A DNA stretch of 63,432 nucleotides, filler included, from Craspedostauros australis (lineage: Eukaryota), in assembly GCA_030167865.1 (NCBI GenBank). It is 13 parts of 13 records of this genome, joined end to end, with 100 filler letters (N's around TTAATTAATTAA, not from the genome) between each part and the next. Parts side by side here need not be neighbours in the genome. Positions count along the whole stretch, not along the records: positions 9,573 to 37,465 come from JALAGF010000370.1; positions 37,566 to 38,633 come from JALAGF010000371.1; positions 38,734 to 43,998 come from JALAGF010000372.1; positions 44,099 to 45,551 come from JALAGF010000373.1; positions 45,652 to 47,759 come from JALAGF010000374.1; positions 47,860 to 51,066 come from JALAGF010000375.1; 7 more parts are not named here. One strand, given 5' to 3'. The notes beneath the pieces are model-generated. The model did not search any database, was not told the DNA's origin, and saw only the letters and a list, made by a program, of their open reading frames with translations. Shown here in pieces: positions 35,911-49,188 of the stretch (positions are counted from its first letter, which is position 1; every line of letters starts with the position of its first letter). Made by a program: the position numbers and the translations under genes.

Positions 35911-36585
35911 CTACGCATAGTTGTTGCAGTCAAGGACCGGGGCGTCGACGCCGGGGCACGAACCGGAATGGATCTGGTAGTACCCATGCCACATGCTGGA
36001 CTGCAGACCATGCGCAGCGTCCTCGTTCGCATGAAGGTGCTCGTGGATGACGAAGTCGAGGCATAGCGGCGTCAGCGGCCCGTATCCGTGATCTTCGCCT
36101 ATGTCAAGGCAGACTGTTTGCTGGCCGGTGATGGAGACCTGAGAGAAATCGCTGTACGGATGCGCTGCAGGGTGGATCTTCAGATCGCCGTGGATGACAT
36201 GCTTTGCTCCGATGGTTTCCATGCATGCCTCCAGGATGGAATCCGTGGTCGTCAAGCATTCTGGGCGAGCATCGCAGTACTCAAGTGAAATGGGCGGGCT
36301 TCCTTCCGATGTCTGGATGGTATTCTTGGCCGCAGGGTCCGATGGTACGAGGCTGTCCACGAAGGCTTGGCAATCGGTGAAGAAGTGCTTGAACTGGGCA
36401 TCCACAAACTCCTGCACGTTATCCGGAGTCAGGGGATACTCGTACGCTGGATGCAGAATCTCGCGAATGGTGCCTTCAGTCATCTCCCGGCGGACAGGTG
36501 AATGGTGCGAGGCAGAAATCTGTTTCCAACAGGCGATGCACACAATGGTGATGGCAATAGCGGTGGGTTTGATAGTGTCAAGCAT
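35911..36585 (-). CDS. Hypothetical secreted or signal-anchored Cys-containing protein
   Basis: Hydrophobic N-terminus (TAIAITIVCIACW); protein-like composition, ~224 aa. Confidence 0.55.
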   Translation of the reverse strand: MLDTIKPTAIAITIVCIACWKQISASHHSPVRREMTEGTIREILHPAYEYPLTPDNVQEFVDAQFKHFFTDCQAFVDSLVPSDPAAKNTIQTSEGSPPISLEYCDARPECLTTTDSILEACMETIGAKHVIHGDLKIHPAAHPYSDFSQVSITGQQTVCLDIGEDHGYGPLTPLCLDFVIHEHLHANEDAAHGLQSSMWHGYYQIHSGSCPGVDAPVLDCNNYA

Positions 36586-36610
36586 GATGCTGTGATTGTT
36601 GGTCGGTTGC

Positions 36611-36674
36611 AATGTAATGTAGTGTGATGTGATGTGATGTGATGTGATGTGATGTGATGTGATGTGATGTGATG
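36611..36674. repeat. (GATGT)n pentanucleotide microsatellite
   Basis: 9 perfect GATGT units plus degenerate flanking units, just upstream of the 36585 ATG. Confidence 0.95.
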
Positions 36675-37566
36675 AGTGTGCTTATTTGTTTGTTATCTTG
36701 TGTTCTTGACTTTTGACTTTGTTTTATGGGAGGATGGATGGATGGAAGAACATTTTTGAGAAGTTTGACGGCGGTGATCTAGTGATGTCTGCGGTAACGC
36801 AGTGATGGAGGTACCGAGTGATGTAGCGGTCCAGTGGTGGAGCAACGGGTTGCGGAAAATGTTGCAAACGGCGGAGCTGAAGGAAAAGTTGGGGCGAAAG
36901 AGTTACTTGTAACTGAGAGTGTCACTGGAACGAAATCCATCACTCACAGATGAAGTCGCTCGATTGCACATTGACGGACAACCGTAGTCACGAGACGCAA
37001 TGGTACGAGTAGAGAGGCAACATATGCTCCTCCACCAACGCATCCCAGCTAATTGCTCCGCTCAAGTCATCTTGAAGGAGGCCAAGTGACCGGTTGGTGA
37101 TTCAGACTGCTCTCTGATTCTCGAAGAAAAGTGTGATGCTCAACAATTAGGCTTCCCTCGCACATTTCAGCCTTGCATACGACCTCCAGGTCGCAGTTGA
37201 TGCACTCACGATAACACTAGTTGTGGAGTGTTTTTTGAGTTTTACTCGTGATGAGTCGTGATAAAGTAGACTAAANTAGAGCACACCNAAAACCATCCAA
37301 ACAACTGCTTATGATGTTATATCTCAACAACGCACCATTTAAAATTAAAACTAGACAGTTCATTCGGACGCTTGGCTATCTTTTATTCTGAATATCTTAG
37401 TTAAATTTGTATGAACTTTATTTTTAATGTCGTTTTGGCTTGCTGTCTGTCAGGTGGTGGGTGCANNNNNNNNNNNNNNNNNNNNNNNNNNNNNNNNNNN
37501 NNNNNNNNNTTAATTAATTAANNNNNNNNNNNNNNNNNNNNNNNNNNNNNNNNNNNNNNNNNNNNA

Positions 37567-38633
37567 GAAATCATCCTGCAGTCAGACAACGCGGGCTGCT
37601 TCGCCAGCCACGAGCACATCGCGCTCGTCTCATCGCGGATCAACAAGAACGCGTCACGCAACGGACTTCCCCAATTTGTCATCTGGATCTACACAGAAGC
37701 CCAAACGGGCAAAGGGCGAATCGACACTCATTTCGCTTACATCACTATCGTACTACGATCTTACGTGCAAAGTGGTGGCAAGATTCAAACCGAACACGAA
37801 ATTTTCGACGCGATGCGAATGGGAAATATCAGAGGTACTACCACCGTCTTGGTTGACGCATCGGGTTTGAAAGGTCGCTGTGTGACGCACAAGACAAATC
37901 CACGCATCAGGTTCCGCGCGAAGGGCATGAATGTACGATCAACGCACGAGGTGCAACACAGAAACGGCTATGCAGACTTGCTTGCGGCTTCAAATGTCAC
38001 TGATCCAGTGCGTGTGGAGGAAGCTGAATGGGAAGACTATGATGTCATGAATTCCGAGGTTCCCATCATCAACGAACACCAATCGATGCAACAACCACTC
38101 ACAGCAATATCACCGCGGAAGCAGAAAAAGACTCTCAGGTTTGCGAAGAGTGCCACCGAAAGCAAGGCGCTGACATACCTTGAAGCAATCAACATGGCAG
38201 CCTTGGAGACACCTGACGTAAGTACTGTGCTGCAGGACACCACAGCAGCAACAGAACACCCGCGATTGGCTGAACCTGGTTGGGCTGCGAAAGCCCTACG
38301 ACGCAACGAGCCCATTCGTCCATACCTGGTGGAAGTNTTGGAGGAGGTGTGCAGAGTGGCACGCGCGGACCCGAAGAACAGACCAACCGAGTACGAGGCA
38401 TACAGGCGGTGCATGGAGACGACCAAAATGAAGACTGACTGGTATGCACGGGTACATGTGAACCCAATGCGAGTGAAGCAGTTCATGTCAGCTTCGTACC
38501 AGCGCACGAAACCGAAGACCGCGAACGCTAGTACCCCGGAAACCACAATCAACAAAAACGCAACGAACACAACAATCACCCAACCACCGACGAACACAAA
38601 CAGCACCCACACAGAGATCGTGCCTGCACAACA
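37567..38633 (+). mobile_element. Partial DDD transposase, Sola-like (whole small contig, open at both ends)
   Basis: In-frame extension of the listed ORF gives IILQSDNAGCF...YTEAQTGKGRIDTHFA, resembling SDNAGCY / GKG.CD motifs of Sola-type transposases. Confidence 0.6.
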
Positions 38634-39053
38634 NNNNNNNNNNNNNNNNNNNNNNNNNNNNNNNNNNNNNNNNNNNNTTAATTAATTAANNNNNNNNNNN
38701 NNNNNNNNNNNNNNNNNNNNNNNNNNNNNNNNNTACTGGAGAAAGAGAGGAAGAGAGGACCCGTCCGCCCTCAGCACTGAACCTCTGAAGGTCAGTGCAG
38801 AGCCGCACCATTCAGACCGACTATTGTTTCTTCATCCTACATCTCAAATTGATCAACTCACAATGCAGACTATTCAAATAACTAATAGCACAACTCAAGA
38901 TCAACACTATAACACTTATCTACTTCATTGTCACTAACTACTAATCTCCAGACGGTCGCCACACGTTGACTTCATCATCAGATTCCCTGAATCTGGCAGT
39001 CAACTAGGCCATCCCTTCCGGATCGTGTCACAATAGCACACGAAAATCCAACT

Positions 39054-39080
39054 GTGCAGGTCGACTCACTGATCGGGCTC
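39054..39080 (-). repeat. 27-bp putative transposon terminus GAGCCCGATCAGTGAGTCGACCTGCAC
   Basis: Exact reverse complement of 54576-54602. Confidence 0.75.
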
Positions 39081-39321
39081 ATAAGACCCACTTGAGTGAA
39101 CGAAGGTGCAGTCGTGTCTGATACTGACTTAAACTTTAACAAAATAAGTACATATTCGGAATCTACGTAAAATTCTGTCGAGGGGTATTTAATTTAAAAA
39201 TCGGGAGAGTTGTGGATCAAAAGTTATAGACCTTGCAATAGTTTTGGTCTTCGGCCGTTGTAGACCTTCCTTAGACTTCGCAGGGTATCGCCAAAACTCG
39301 CTGATGATGTCACACCTGTTC

Positions 39322-39942
39322 CTATTTTGAATTACTTGTCGCTTGCAATCTGGTTCTGACACGATTCACAATTTCCCACGTCACATTTTCCTCCAATGTT
39401 TCCGCACTTTCGACTGCTTGTTTTGCCGCATGTGGATGCAAATCATCGTGGGTTTGCTCCAAATTCTCGTCTTCCTTGGCTTTGCACCGTCCAAATTCTT
39501 CTTCGTCACAACCAGAATCNNNCAGCGTTGGTTGCGCACTGGCGCTCGCAGTCATACTTACCATTGTGCACTCCATCGTTTCAGCGGTTTTTGACTTCTT
39601 TTCTTGTTCTTTTTTGAACTTGAGATATTCCATGGTGAGGTATGCTTTTGCTCTCAGTGGTGATACTTGTAGTTGAGCGTGCCAGTCTGTTTTCACCCGT
39701 TCCATCGTCATCAGTTGTTGGCGTGCGTCGTAGTCCGACATTCTGTTCCTTGAGTCATGGCAAGCAAGTACGCAGATTTTGATCAGCTCTGCCAACACAT
39801 AGTCAGGATAGGCTCAAACGATCGAGTCTTCTTTGCGGCGCAACTCGGTGTTGCAACAGGAGGAAGATCCATAGCAGCAGTTGTATCCTTCCACATCGCG
39901 TCGTGATCAGCAGTTTCCATGAGGTTGTTGCAGAGGGCTGTT
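39322..39942 (-). pseudogene. C-terminal remnant of a related Sola-like transposase
   Basis: NRMSDYDARQQLMTMERVKTDWHAQLQVSPLRAKAYL aligns with NRPTEYEAYRRCMETTKMKTDWYARVHVNPMRVKQFM of 37567-38633; DTTAA motif shared; frameshifted upstream. Confidence 0.6.
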
Positions 39943-42434
39943 TTAAGAGCCCATTCAGTCACAAACCAACGAGTCGCGGGGGGAGCAGTCTACATGCGTT
40001 TTCGGGTTATTGCAGAATATTATGCAGCGTATTGTGAAGTATATATTAAAAAATGTCCGAGGTGGATCATCATTATATTAGATAAGTTATGGGCTGCTGT
40101 GGGTTTCAGGTAGACTCCGTGTAGGCACGCACGAAGTGAAGACGAAAGGATCGTGTCAGAACACGATTTCGTTGATGGGGCTTCGGATCGACAAGAAATA
40201 CAGCATCACAGTTGCCAACAGGTGGTTTCTGGTGGTCTCCAGAAAGGACGTGGAACCCTGGAGGGATTCCAAAGAGAGACGCTAGCGCTAAGTAACGAGA
40301 AGCCTTGAACCCTGTTTGTTCGTCTTCGAAGATGTCAAACAAGACAAGATTGATCTTGTTCGGGAAATGAGAGAACATCAACGTTAAACATAAATCATCC
40401 TTTGCATGTGCTTCTTTCGTGCGTTCTCTGTTTGACTCGTGCTGGAAAATATTTGAATTATTTTGATCCAATCGTTGTGTTTTCTACAGATCGACAGCTT
40501 GGGGGTCATGCGTACAGACGGATGTTCTGCCATGTACATAGCACCAGAATGAATTGACGATCGTGTGGTTCCGTTTCTGTTCCCGTTCCTGTCCCACCAA
40601 AAGACGCGTCGAATTGGTTGCATCTGGCAGGCGTGCTTCATGACTGTCGCAACGAAACGTCAGGAGAGCGGGACGAAATGATTGGACAGAGAATCATATG
40701 ATGACGTTTGATAGTGTCAACGACGAAATCAAGTGAACAATCATCTCATTTTGAATGTGAACCTGCATCATACACGTATCACGCATGTAGAAATCATGTA
40801 GACAAGTTCTTTTGAGGACGAACTCTATTGTAGGACATGACACAAGCCGATATGGAAGATGAACACCCTTGCTCAAAAGTGACTGTCGAAATGTGTGACA
40901 TCAGTAATTCCCGATTGTACGGGACTAAACCAGAATAGAGTACAGAAACAACAATTACCCCCCTACCGTTAACATGGCAAGCGCATGATCGATCACTCCT
41001 GAGCGTTACAGGAGCACGTTACTTTTGGGACTACGGGGAATTTCGACAGTGACAACGAGCGGGAGGGTTCCACCATTTCCCTCCCCCAGCATACTCACTA
41101 CCACCCAGAAGACTACAGTCACTTCAATGCTTCATCAATGCTCTACTTCTGAGGTTTGAGATGATGGTGTTATAATATACCTCACTGATTATAACTGTTA
41201 AGTCATGCGCTGGGGGCACTTTGATTCCACCTCGTTTATTCTCCGTGTCTGCATGCAGCGGGAACGGATGTGTCGGCATTCTGATCGTGTTGGGAGAGAG
41301 GGCTGTGTCCATTAGGCAGGTCTGTTCGCTGGCAATGTTGTGGCGGTGGGGGAATCGTCTCAGGGTGCGATCCGCCTATAGTTCCGCATCCAGTTCACAA
41401 GCACCACCGTGGCTGGTGGCATGTTGCCTCCAATGCCTTGGCACATGGCCTGGACCCACGGAATGAGCTGGGCGGTCTGCTCAGTGTGCAGATGATGCTC
41501 CCAAAGTGGGTGTAGGACTGCAGGAATGGTAGTTGGCGGGCATGTTCGCAGCACCTGAAAATATTGGAGCAGCATGGGCATTATGTCATCGGAAGCCTGG
41601 GACACCTTGACCTCGGTCTGGCCCTGCCATTGCGCCAGTGTCATGTTTCACATGAGGTTGGTGACACTGGCCTGCCAATCGTGAAGCAGTCGGGGGCGCG
41701 TCTGTGATGGTGAGGTGCCATGGGAGGTGCTTGCGCATTCCGCTCCACTGCATCGCCCATCCGCCCCAAATCATGGCTGTCCAGCCTACTTTGCTTTGCT
41801 GCAGCTGTATGGATTTGGTGGGGGAGTCACAAATGCCGGAGAGACAATGGTGTCAACATGGCTTGGATCCAACACCTGATGTCGAACAGTGTGGACAGGA
41901 CTATCCACAAATGTCCAACGCAACCATCAGCCATGTTGTTGAACACAACATCACTCTCCATCATTGTCTCAGTCTGAGGACGCATTGAACTGGAACACCT
42001 GTCATGTACGTCCATGACACAGTTTGCTTCTACAGAAGGTCAAAACCTCAGAATCCTGGATGGAACCCATCACTCTCCAATCTTCGCGACAGTGGAAAGC
42101 TGGAATGCAACTGCTGGCCAATGGAGTGCCAATGAAGTACACAAACAAAGCATCACCGCACAAACAAAAAACATATGTAAAATGTGCATGGGTGCTCCTC
42201 CAACAAAAGCAAGCTCATGTGTGGTACAAAGTAGCTATTCTGCATCCATTGTGATGAGTGCATGGTGTGAGAGCCTGTACAAAGCAGAGAACACAAGAAT
42301 TATGATTTCGGTGTGAGGTGGAGTAAAAACGTGAAGTCTCTGTCCACACAGATGGACAATATCCAGACTGTGACACCTGCTACAATTGATGGACTGGGAC
42401 AACCAAACGATCCAAAAGTATGTAACTACTCTAA

Positions 42435-43890
42435 TCAGTTGCAGCCGCCGCTCGCTTCATGTTGCTGGCCACACAGGGACATCACTCCGGAGACATGGTC
42501 CCAGTGCCTTGTGAAGAGGGGCGGAGAGATCTGCTTGGTAGACATGTCGGCAGCGATCAAAGCAGACAAGTTTCTGCGAACGCAATGTGGTCGTTTTCCA
42601 CCCACTGTTGAACAGCAAAATGTCGAATGGCGCCGTGCGCTGGCCATCATGAGCGCAATTCAGTTGTTCTCGTACAGCACCGTACCACACCGCTGAAGTA
42701 CACCAAGCTTGCCAAGGATGCAACGAATGCATAATGCCATGCGACCAGCATCGGAAGCACAGAGAGGTTCAGCCTCTGTGCTGGACATGGCGACCGTGAT
42801 TTGCACTCTCAGTTTCCATGCGATGGCAGCAGCAGCAAGATGGAAAACGATGGACAACACTGACTGTTGTTGCTGAGTGTCCATGGCCCAATCACTGTCA
42901 GCATACCTTTAGAGGACATTGGGTTGTTCTGCTGGATGGCCAAATACATTATCATGCGCTGGCATTTGCTTGGCTGGAACAGGCATGGGCGGTAGTGCAG
43001 GGACAGCGTCGGTGCAATGCATCGCGATGCCTTGAGCAGGAGTGCGGAAGAGGTATCGAGAAACCTGCTCGGCGACAGCGAAATGATCTATGGCCAGCCT
43101 CGCCGAGACTTGCAAGAGTTTCACAATGGGAAAAGCGATGGCTGGCCTACAGGTGATCATGGGACAGATGAGTTTGCCAATAGCCTCACAATAGCATTCA
43201 ATGTCTGCCTGTGCCTGCTTGAGGCCGCATGCATCCAAGGCTTCAGAATCGTCCAGCTTGCGTACGTGCGCATTGCCATCATCCATTGGAGTGAGCACAC
43301 CATTCATCTTCTTCTGCTCATTCCATTGAAAACCTTGTTGAGATGTGTACTATTGTGGATGGAGACATGTGTGGCAGTTTGGATCAGATCTGCACCAATG
43401 AAGTGTTGGAGAACGCTGAATCATTTTATGGGAATGAACAGGAACGAATCCAAGCTCATTGAAGATCGTGGAGCAAGCCGCTACATCACTGCATGCAATG
43501 GCAAAGTCATCAACCTGACATAGAAAGAGCATGTTGTGTCCTTTGTAAGCAGCGAGGTATAGGCATGGAGCATGTGTGGTGGGCCTGAAACCCATGCGCT
43601 GCAGCTATGCATTGATGTGCACTGCCCACTGCCATAGTGCTCAGGAATGACCCTGAAGATTCTTGCTGATGAGAGTCATGCAACCAAACGGAATGGGTGC
43701 ACGTCCCTACAACTGCCACCAGTCAGCAAAGGAACTGTCAACATGCATGAAGCACTTCTGTGCACCACAAGAAGCCTCTGCAAATGCATTGTAAATGCCA
43801 GTGCCATAGATGGTCTTGTTCTCCATGGTTGTGACAGCAATGAACAGCCAGAGTTGCTGTGAATGTGTGCCCTGTGATTGCTGCCTTGCC
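42435..43890 (-). pseudogene. Degenerate Ty1/Copia reverse transcriptase-RNase H
   Basis: Frameshifted remnants: NAFAEA, PCLY...FLCQVDDFAIA, IGKL..MITCRP.IAF, IAWK...TVAMSSTEAE, LYENN, ADMSTK. Confidence 0.85.
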
Positions 43891-43998
43891 TGTTGGAATG
43901 TACATATGTGTATGTGTGTCGAGATGTACATGTGAGTATACGTCAAGATGTACGTGTATATGTGCATCGTTCACCCGCTATTCTCTCATACGCACTTG
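43891..43998 (+). repeat. LTR-like left end (TGTTGG...) abutting the Copia RT remnant
   Basis: Shares GAGATGTAC...TGTGCATCGTTC.CCCG.TATTCTCT with 26520-26575. Confidence 0.5.
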
Positions 43999-44636
43999 NN
44001 NNNNNNNNNNNNNNNNNNNNNNNNNNNNNNNNNNNNNNNNNNTTAATTAATTAANNNNNNNNNNNNNNNNNNNNNNNNNNNNNNNNNNNNNNNNNNNNCG
44101 TCCCGTCTCATCGTCCCTTCCGGATTCATCGTCGTCGTCATCGTACGATTCATTGTCCCCTTGGGTAGGGAGCAAGTCATCTCGCCCGCGAGCAGCGTCT
44201 TCTGTATCTATATCTTCTCCGGCTCTTCTGCTCTGATCAGCGTCGTCGGTCTCCATGCTTCGGATGGTATCCGATCGTCGCTCCCAAGTCACTCTTCTAT
44301 CTGGGGAANCNNNCCCNNATGTNGAGTCGTCATNTCCCAGGTCTATCAGTACTGACCTGTNGGCNTTCTTAATACTCTCGAATCGCCCATNTGACTNATC
44401 CNNCCATGTCATGTCTCTCATGATTAGGATTCTGGTCGTTGCCAGATTCATCATGCGGTGCATACCGCTTGCGTGCGACCCATGTATCCAATCAGCATCT
44501 GTTAGATCGGGGCGACGTTATTGTTTTCCAGCATGTCGTTGATTGCGTATGCGTTGCGAGCCACATCGAGTGTGCTCCGCACACCAATCTCATGCATCAT
44601 CTAGTGCACCGCGCGTGAGTCCACGCACCTGCACGG

Positions 44637-45302
44637 TCAACTTTCGAAGTCATCGATCGCATCATAGTAGATCGTCGAAGATTCAAAGTACACATCATTG
44701 GCAAACATCATGTTGCTCAANGGNTATCGAACAGAGAGGCAGATCGGATCTGCATCCATGAGCAGTCCTCTGCACTCCTCCCTTTCCGCTTCGGTCCGTG
44801 GGATTGCTCCTCTTGGCCCGTTCGGAATCTGAATGGAGAATATGTTTTCTGGGCAGTCCATGTACCATGCATTCAATGGTCCGCGCTTAAAGCGCAACGG
44901 ACATCGTGCGCTGTTCATGTCCCAGCGCGACGCCTCATCGATCTTCCTGTCGAGGAAGCTCCGAATTGAGGTGAGACTATGCACCGGCACTTGGATGGCG
45001 CGGTCAATCTCCTCGTCCACGTTCACTCCATTTATTTCTATTTCAATCTCGTCTGCGCCCACTTCACTTGATACGCCTTCGTAGTACTTGGCATCCTCCT
45101 CGTTGTCGTGAGTGCGGCCGCCTTTCTCTTTATTCTTGGATGGAGAGAGTTCTCGGTTGATCAACTCTTCGTGGTCGATCGTAGATCCGTTGTAGCCATG
45201 CACTCCCGAAGTGTACTCGGCTGTCTCCTCCCTGGTCCACTCGTAGTCGTTGAATGGTGTTCCGCTGTCAAAGTCGGAGACATCATCATTGTCAGTTGTC
45301 AC
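44637..45302 (-). pseudogene. Acidic hypothetical ORF, probably a degenerate TE-derived gene
   Basis: 221-codon ORF with non-ATG start, followed by stop-interrupted protein-like sequence; no family recognised. Confidence 0.25.
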
Positions 45303-45651
45303 GAGTATCCATCGTGTAGTTTTCCCGTGGTCACATTATTGTTTTGTTGTTCGCGATTTCGGTGATGACCACGAATTTCGCGTTGGTCATCGCGCATCAT
45401 CGCGTGGTTTTTGATGGCCACATTTTTGATGTCGACCGCGTTTTTGCCGTTCGCGATTTCGGTGGTGACCAGTTAGGATTCGTGCGTAGGCGTCGCGAAT
45501 CGGTGGAGAATGCCTCGTGAATCTGCCGGCTTCGGGATAGCCGTGTGATGCNNNNNNNNNNNNNNNNNNNNNNNNNNNNNNNNNNNNNNNNNNNNTTAAT
45601 TAATTAANNNNNNNNNNNNNNNNNNNNNNNNNNNNNNNNNNNNNNNNNNNN

Positions 45652-47759
45652 CACTTCCTCCACGACAAACGCACCACCATCGCAAAATTCGACGCTCCAC
45701 GTGCGAACCACCGAAACAAAACCCGACGGGTTCGCCGATGCAGAGGTACAAGCCAAAACTCCTGTCGCGCGAAGCATACGCCCAGTCCCGCTCGTCCACC
45801 CAACCAACGCAACGAAGCACGACCAAGTGAACACGCAAGCGCCAACGTACTTGCCAACGCCTATTACACCCTCACGGCCATCCTCGGTTGTAAATATGCC
45901 TTCGCCGCGCCTCACAAGGTAGAAGAGGTCATCCCAAGCGGTGGCTCCTTCGATGTAGTGTGGGACACCGGTGCCTCCATCTGTGTTGCCAACGACATGA
46001 ACGATTTTGTGGGCCCCACCTCTGCACCAACAACACCGACCTTCCTCAATGGGTTCCTGCGTCGCACTAAGGTCAAGACGAAGGGCACAGTGGAGTGGTC
46101 GATCCTCGACACCCTCGGCAAGCCACGATCCTTGCGTCTCCCGGCCTTCTACGTACCAGGATCATCCGTCAAACTCATCAGCGCTACAAGCCTCCTCCAT
46201 GAATATAAGGGCGAGAACATCATCGTGGAAGCTACCAACATCAAGCTGAGTGGTATCCCAGGAAACAAAGAACGAGGATCTATCATCGCCCACAACTGGA
46301 AAGCAAACCGTCTTCCCACATCACGTGCCTACCGCACAGGCGACCTCTCCGACGTGCCAGCCGCGCTCACAACAACCATCACTTCCGTGGCACAACACAA
46401 CCAAAATCTGAGCCAACCACAAAAGGAACTCCTCAAGTGGCACTACCGACTCGGGCACCTCTCCTTCCGACGCGTGCAATTCCTACTTCGATCAGGTGCA
46501 CTCGTCAACACCGAAGCATCACGAAAAATGCAAACAGCAGCCGCCCGTGTGCAGGAGTGCCCGCTATGTGCGGCATGCCAATTCGGCAAACAACACCGCA
46601 GACCTACGCCAGGCACAACACAGCACGCAATACAGGACTGACAGGGTGTGATTAAAACTGATCATCTCTTCCCTGGCCAACAGGTTTCCGTGGACCACTT
46701 CGTGGGACACACGCTGGGTCATCTATTCACTGGAAGGGGAAAATCCGACTCCTCGGAGATGTACAAGGGCGGAGCGATGTTTGTGGATCATGCATCAGGG
46801 TACATTCACGTGGAACCTGTTGCATCCCTCACAACCCACGCAACACTTGAAGCCAAGACGCGATTCGAATCCATGTGTCGTGATGTGGGGGTACCGGTGC
46901 GCTCCTACCTGTCGGACAATGCCACCACCTTCACATCTCCAGACTACACCAAACACCTCGAGCGCTTCCACCAAGTGCATCGCTTCGCCGGAGTCGGTGC
47001 CCATCATCACAACGGAGTGGCCGAGCGGAGCATCCGTACCATCATCTCCATGGCACGCACAATGATGATGCATCAGAGCATTCACTGGCCGACGATGTTT
47101 GACGCACAGCATTGGCCCATGGCGGTCGTGCATGCAGCGTACATTCACAATCGGGTCCCCAACGCAGCCACCGGATTGACACCAATGGACATCCTGTCGC
47201 GTACGCGCATTCCGCTGAAGCAACTCCACAACCTTCATGTGTGGGGCAGCCCAGTGTACGTGTTGAACAAAGCTCTTGGCGATGGCCGCAAGATCCCACG
47301 GTGGGAACCACGCGGAGAACGGTACGTCAACATGGGCCTCTCCACCCGTCACGCATCAACAGTCCCCCTGGTCTTGTCACCACGGACAGGATCGATCACC
47401 CCGCAATTTCACGTCGTTTTTGATGATTGGTTCGCAACCATCGCAACCAACCCAAGCGACCTTCCCGACTACAACACCAGCGAGTGGACCCACATGTTCG
47501 GCGATACAACCTACCAGATTCCTTTCGACGACGAAGACATCATCGCCATGGAAGAAAGAGATATCGAACGTGAAGACGCAAACGATCACCGGCGATTTCA
47601 TTCCATCAATGACAACGATGTGCCGATGTCGCCGCCATCATCAGGCGCGCAACAAGCACCTACGCGAACTCTGACCAACACAGATTCACCAGCTCACATT
47701 TTGGAGCAGCCGTCGGAACCGGAAATGAACAACGACACAACACCGGTCGATCAAGTGCA
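45652..47759 (+). mobile_element. Copia (CoDi-type) pol fragment: protease, HHCC zinc finger, integrase; one premature stop
   Basis: VWDTGAS; WHYRLGH...CAAC; VSVDH, LSDNA, HHNGVAER, SITPQFHVVFDD; TGA at 46639-46641. Confidence 0.92.
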
Positions 47760-47859
47760 NNNNNNNNNNNNNNNNNNNNNNNNNNNNNNNNNNNNNNNNN
47801 NNNTTAATTAATTAANNNNNNNNNNNNNNNNNNNNNNNNNNNNNNNNNNNNNNNNNNNN

Positions 47860-49188
47860 TGTATTCGATGCATACTCCGCATTTCGTTATCTACAAGCTC
47901 ACTACTCCATGAGTAATTGTCAATGCACCCACACTGTATTCCTCCTTGCATACTTATGATCTTGATGTCCCTTGGTCATTGAATCTTTGCCTTCTTGATC
48001 TGATGTGGAGACAGATGCCAATGTGGTGACACAATGACATCTTGTTGATGTCAGCTGTCAGATTCCAAGGTCCTTGTCATTCCACATTCCATTGATGATG
48101 CAATGGGTCAGCAAGGGTATCGTCATTTGAGGTTTAGTTGGGAAGTATATCAAGCCTGACTTGATATCACATGTTTTGTTGATGGATGGACAGACGATGT
48201 TCCTCATAATCTCAGAAATCCGTGCTTACAGATTTCCTCCAGAAATTCAGTTCGTTTTCGTGTGTTCCATTTCATGATGTGATGTTGGCAAATCACAGTT
48301 CACTATTGACACGAATGTAGTTGTACCATCTGTACATGAGTAAAAAGAAAACGGGTGAACGATGCACATACACGAATGTACATCTCGACACAGGTGTCAA
48401 TGATATCTCTACAGGCACATTGGTGTGACAGGGATGGATGGATGGGTGTTTGTTGAATGCCAAGTATGGCACAGCTGAGTATGAGAGGGTGGGGGACTGT
48501 TGCGTTGAAGTATATTTGTTGTTGAGGATTGTTTGTTGGCATGGCTTGGGTTCTTGGCATGGCATGCTTCTTCTTTCACTCTCGATCCCACTGCTGCATG
48601 AGCTACACAATTGCTCCACGGATGAAGTTGAGTTGGAAGGGTGGGAGGGAGGAGGCAGTGTCGATTGGTGGTCTTGTCAACGAGTTTCTGAATGGTTGTG
48701 TTCAGAGTAGAGCGTGGATTGCCACACACAAGAAACCAACGCTCCTCCTCGTTGCCAACAACGCTAGTAGATCACGTATCAAAGTACTCAATTTTTGGCA
48801 TTATCGTCCGTATTTTTGAACAGTGGCTGCTGTTTGGACAGAAAGCAACACGAAGAGACAAGAATCATGCGTTGATTGGCACACACAAGTTACAAAAAGA
48901 GAGAGATCCGGACAGTCAATCAATAATGTTTGTTCAGATTGGGAAAAAACGCGAAAACCAATGTTGGTACCATGAGGAAACAAACAGTTTGACGAAACAG
49001 TGTGGGAGACAGGAAAGGAAGAAAGCGAATCGTGACGTCACATGGGCATTGGAAAGACCCTAATCCTCACGAAAGCGACTGTTTCCATTGTGCCCAGACG
49101 AGTCTCTATTGCGGGGCTCCCCCTGGCATTGAGTCATCCTGGTGTGTCTCAGTACCCAAGTTCTGGGGCCACTCGAACCCCTCCAATG
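47860..49188 (-). repeat. Second copy of the 25739-27050 dispersed repeat
   Basis: Reverse-complement match; similarity ends sharply at CTCCAATG (49188). Confidence 0.9.
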
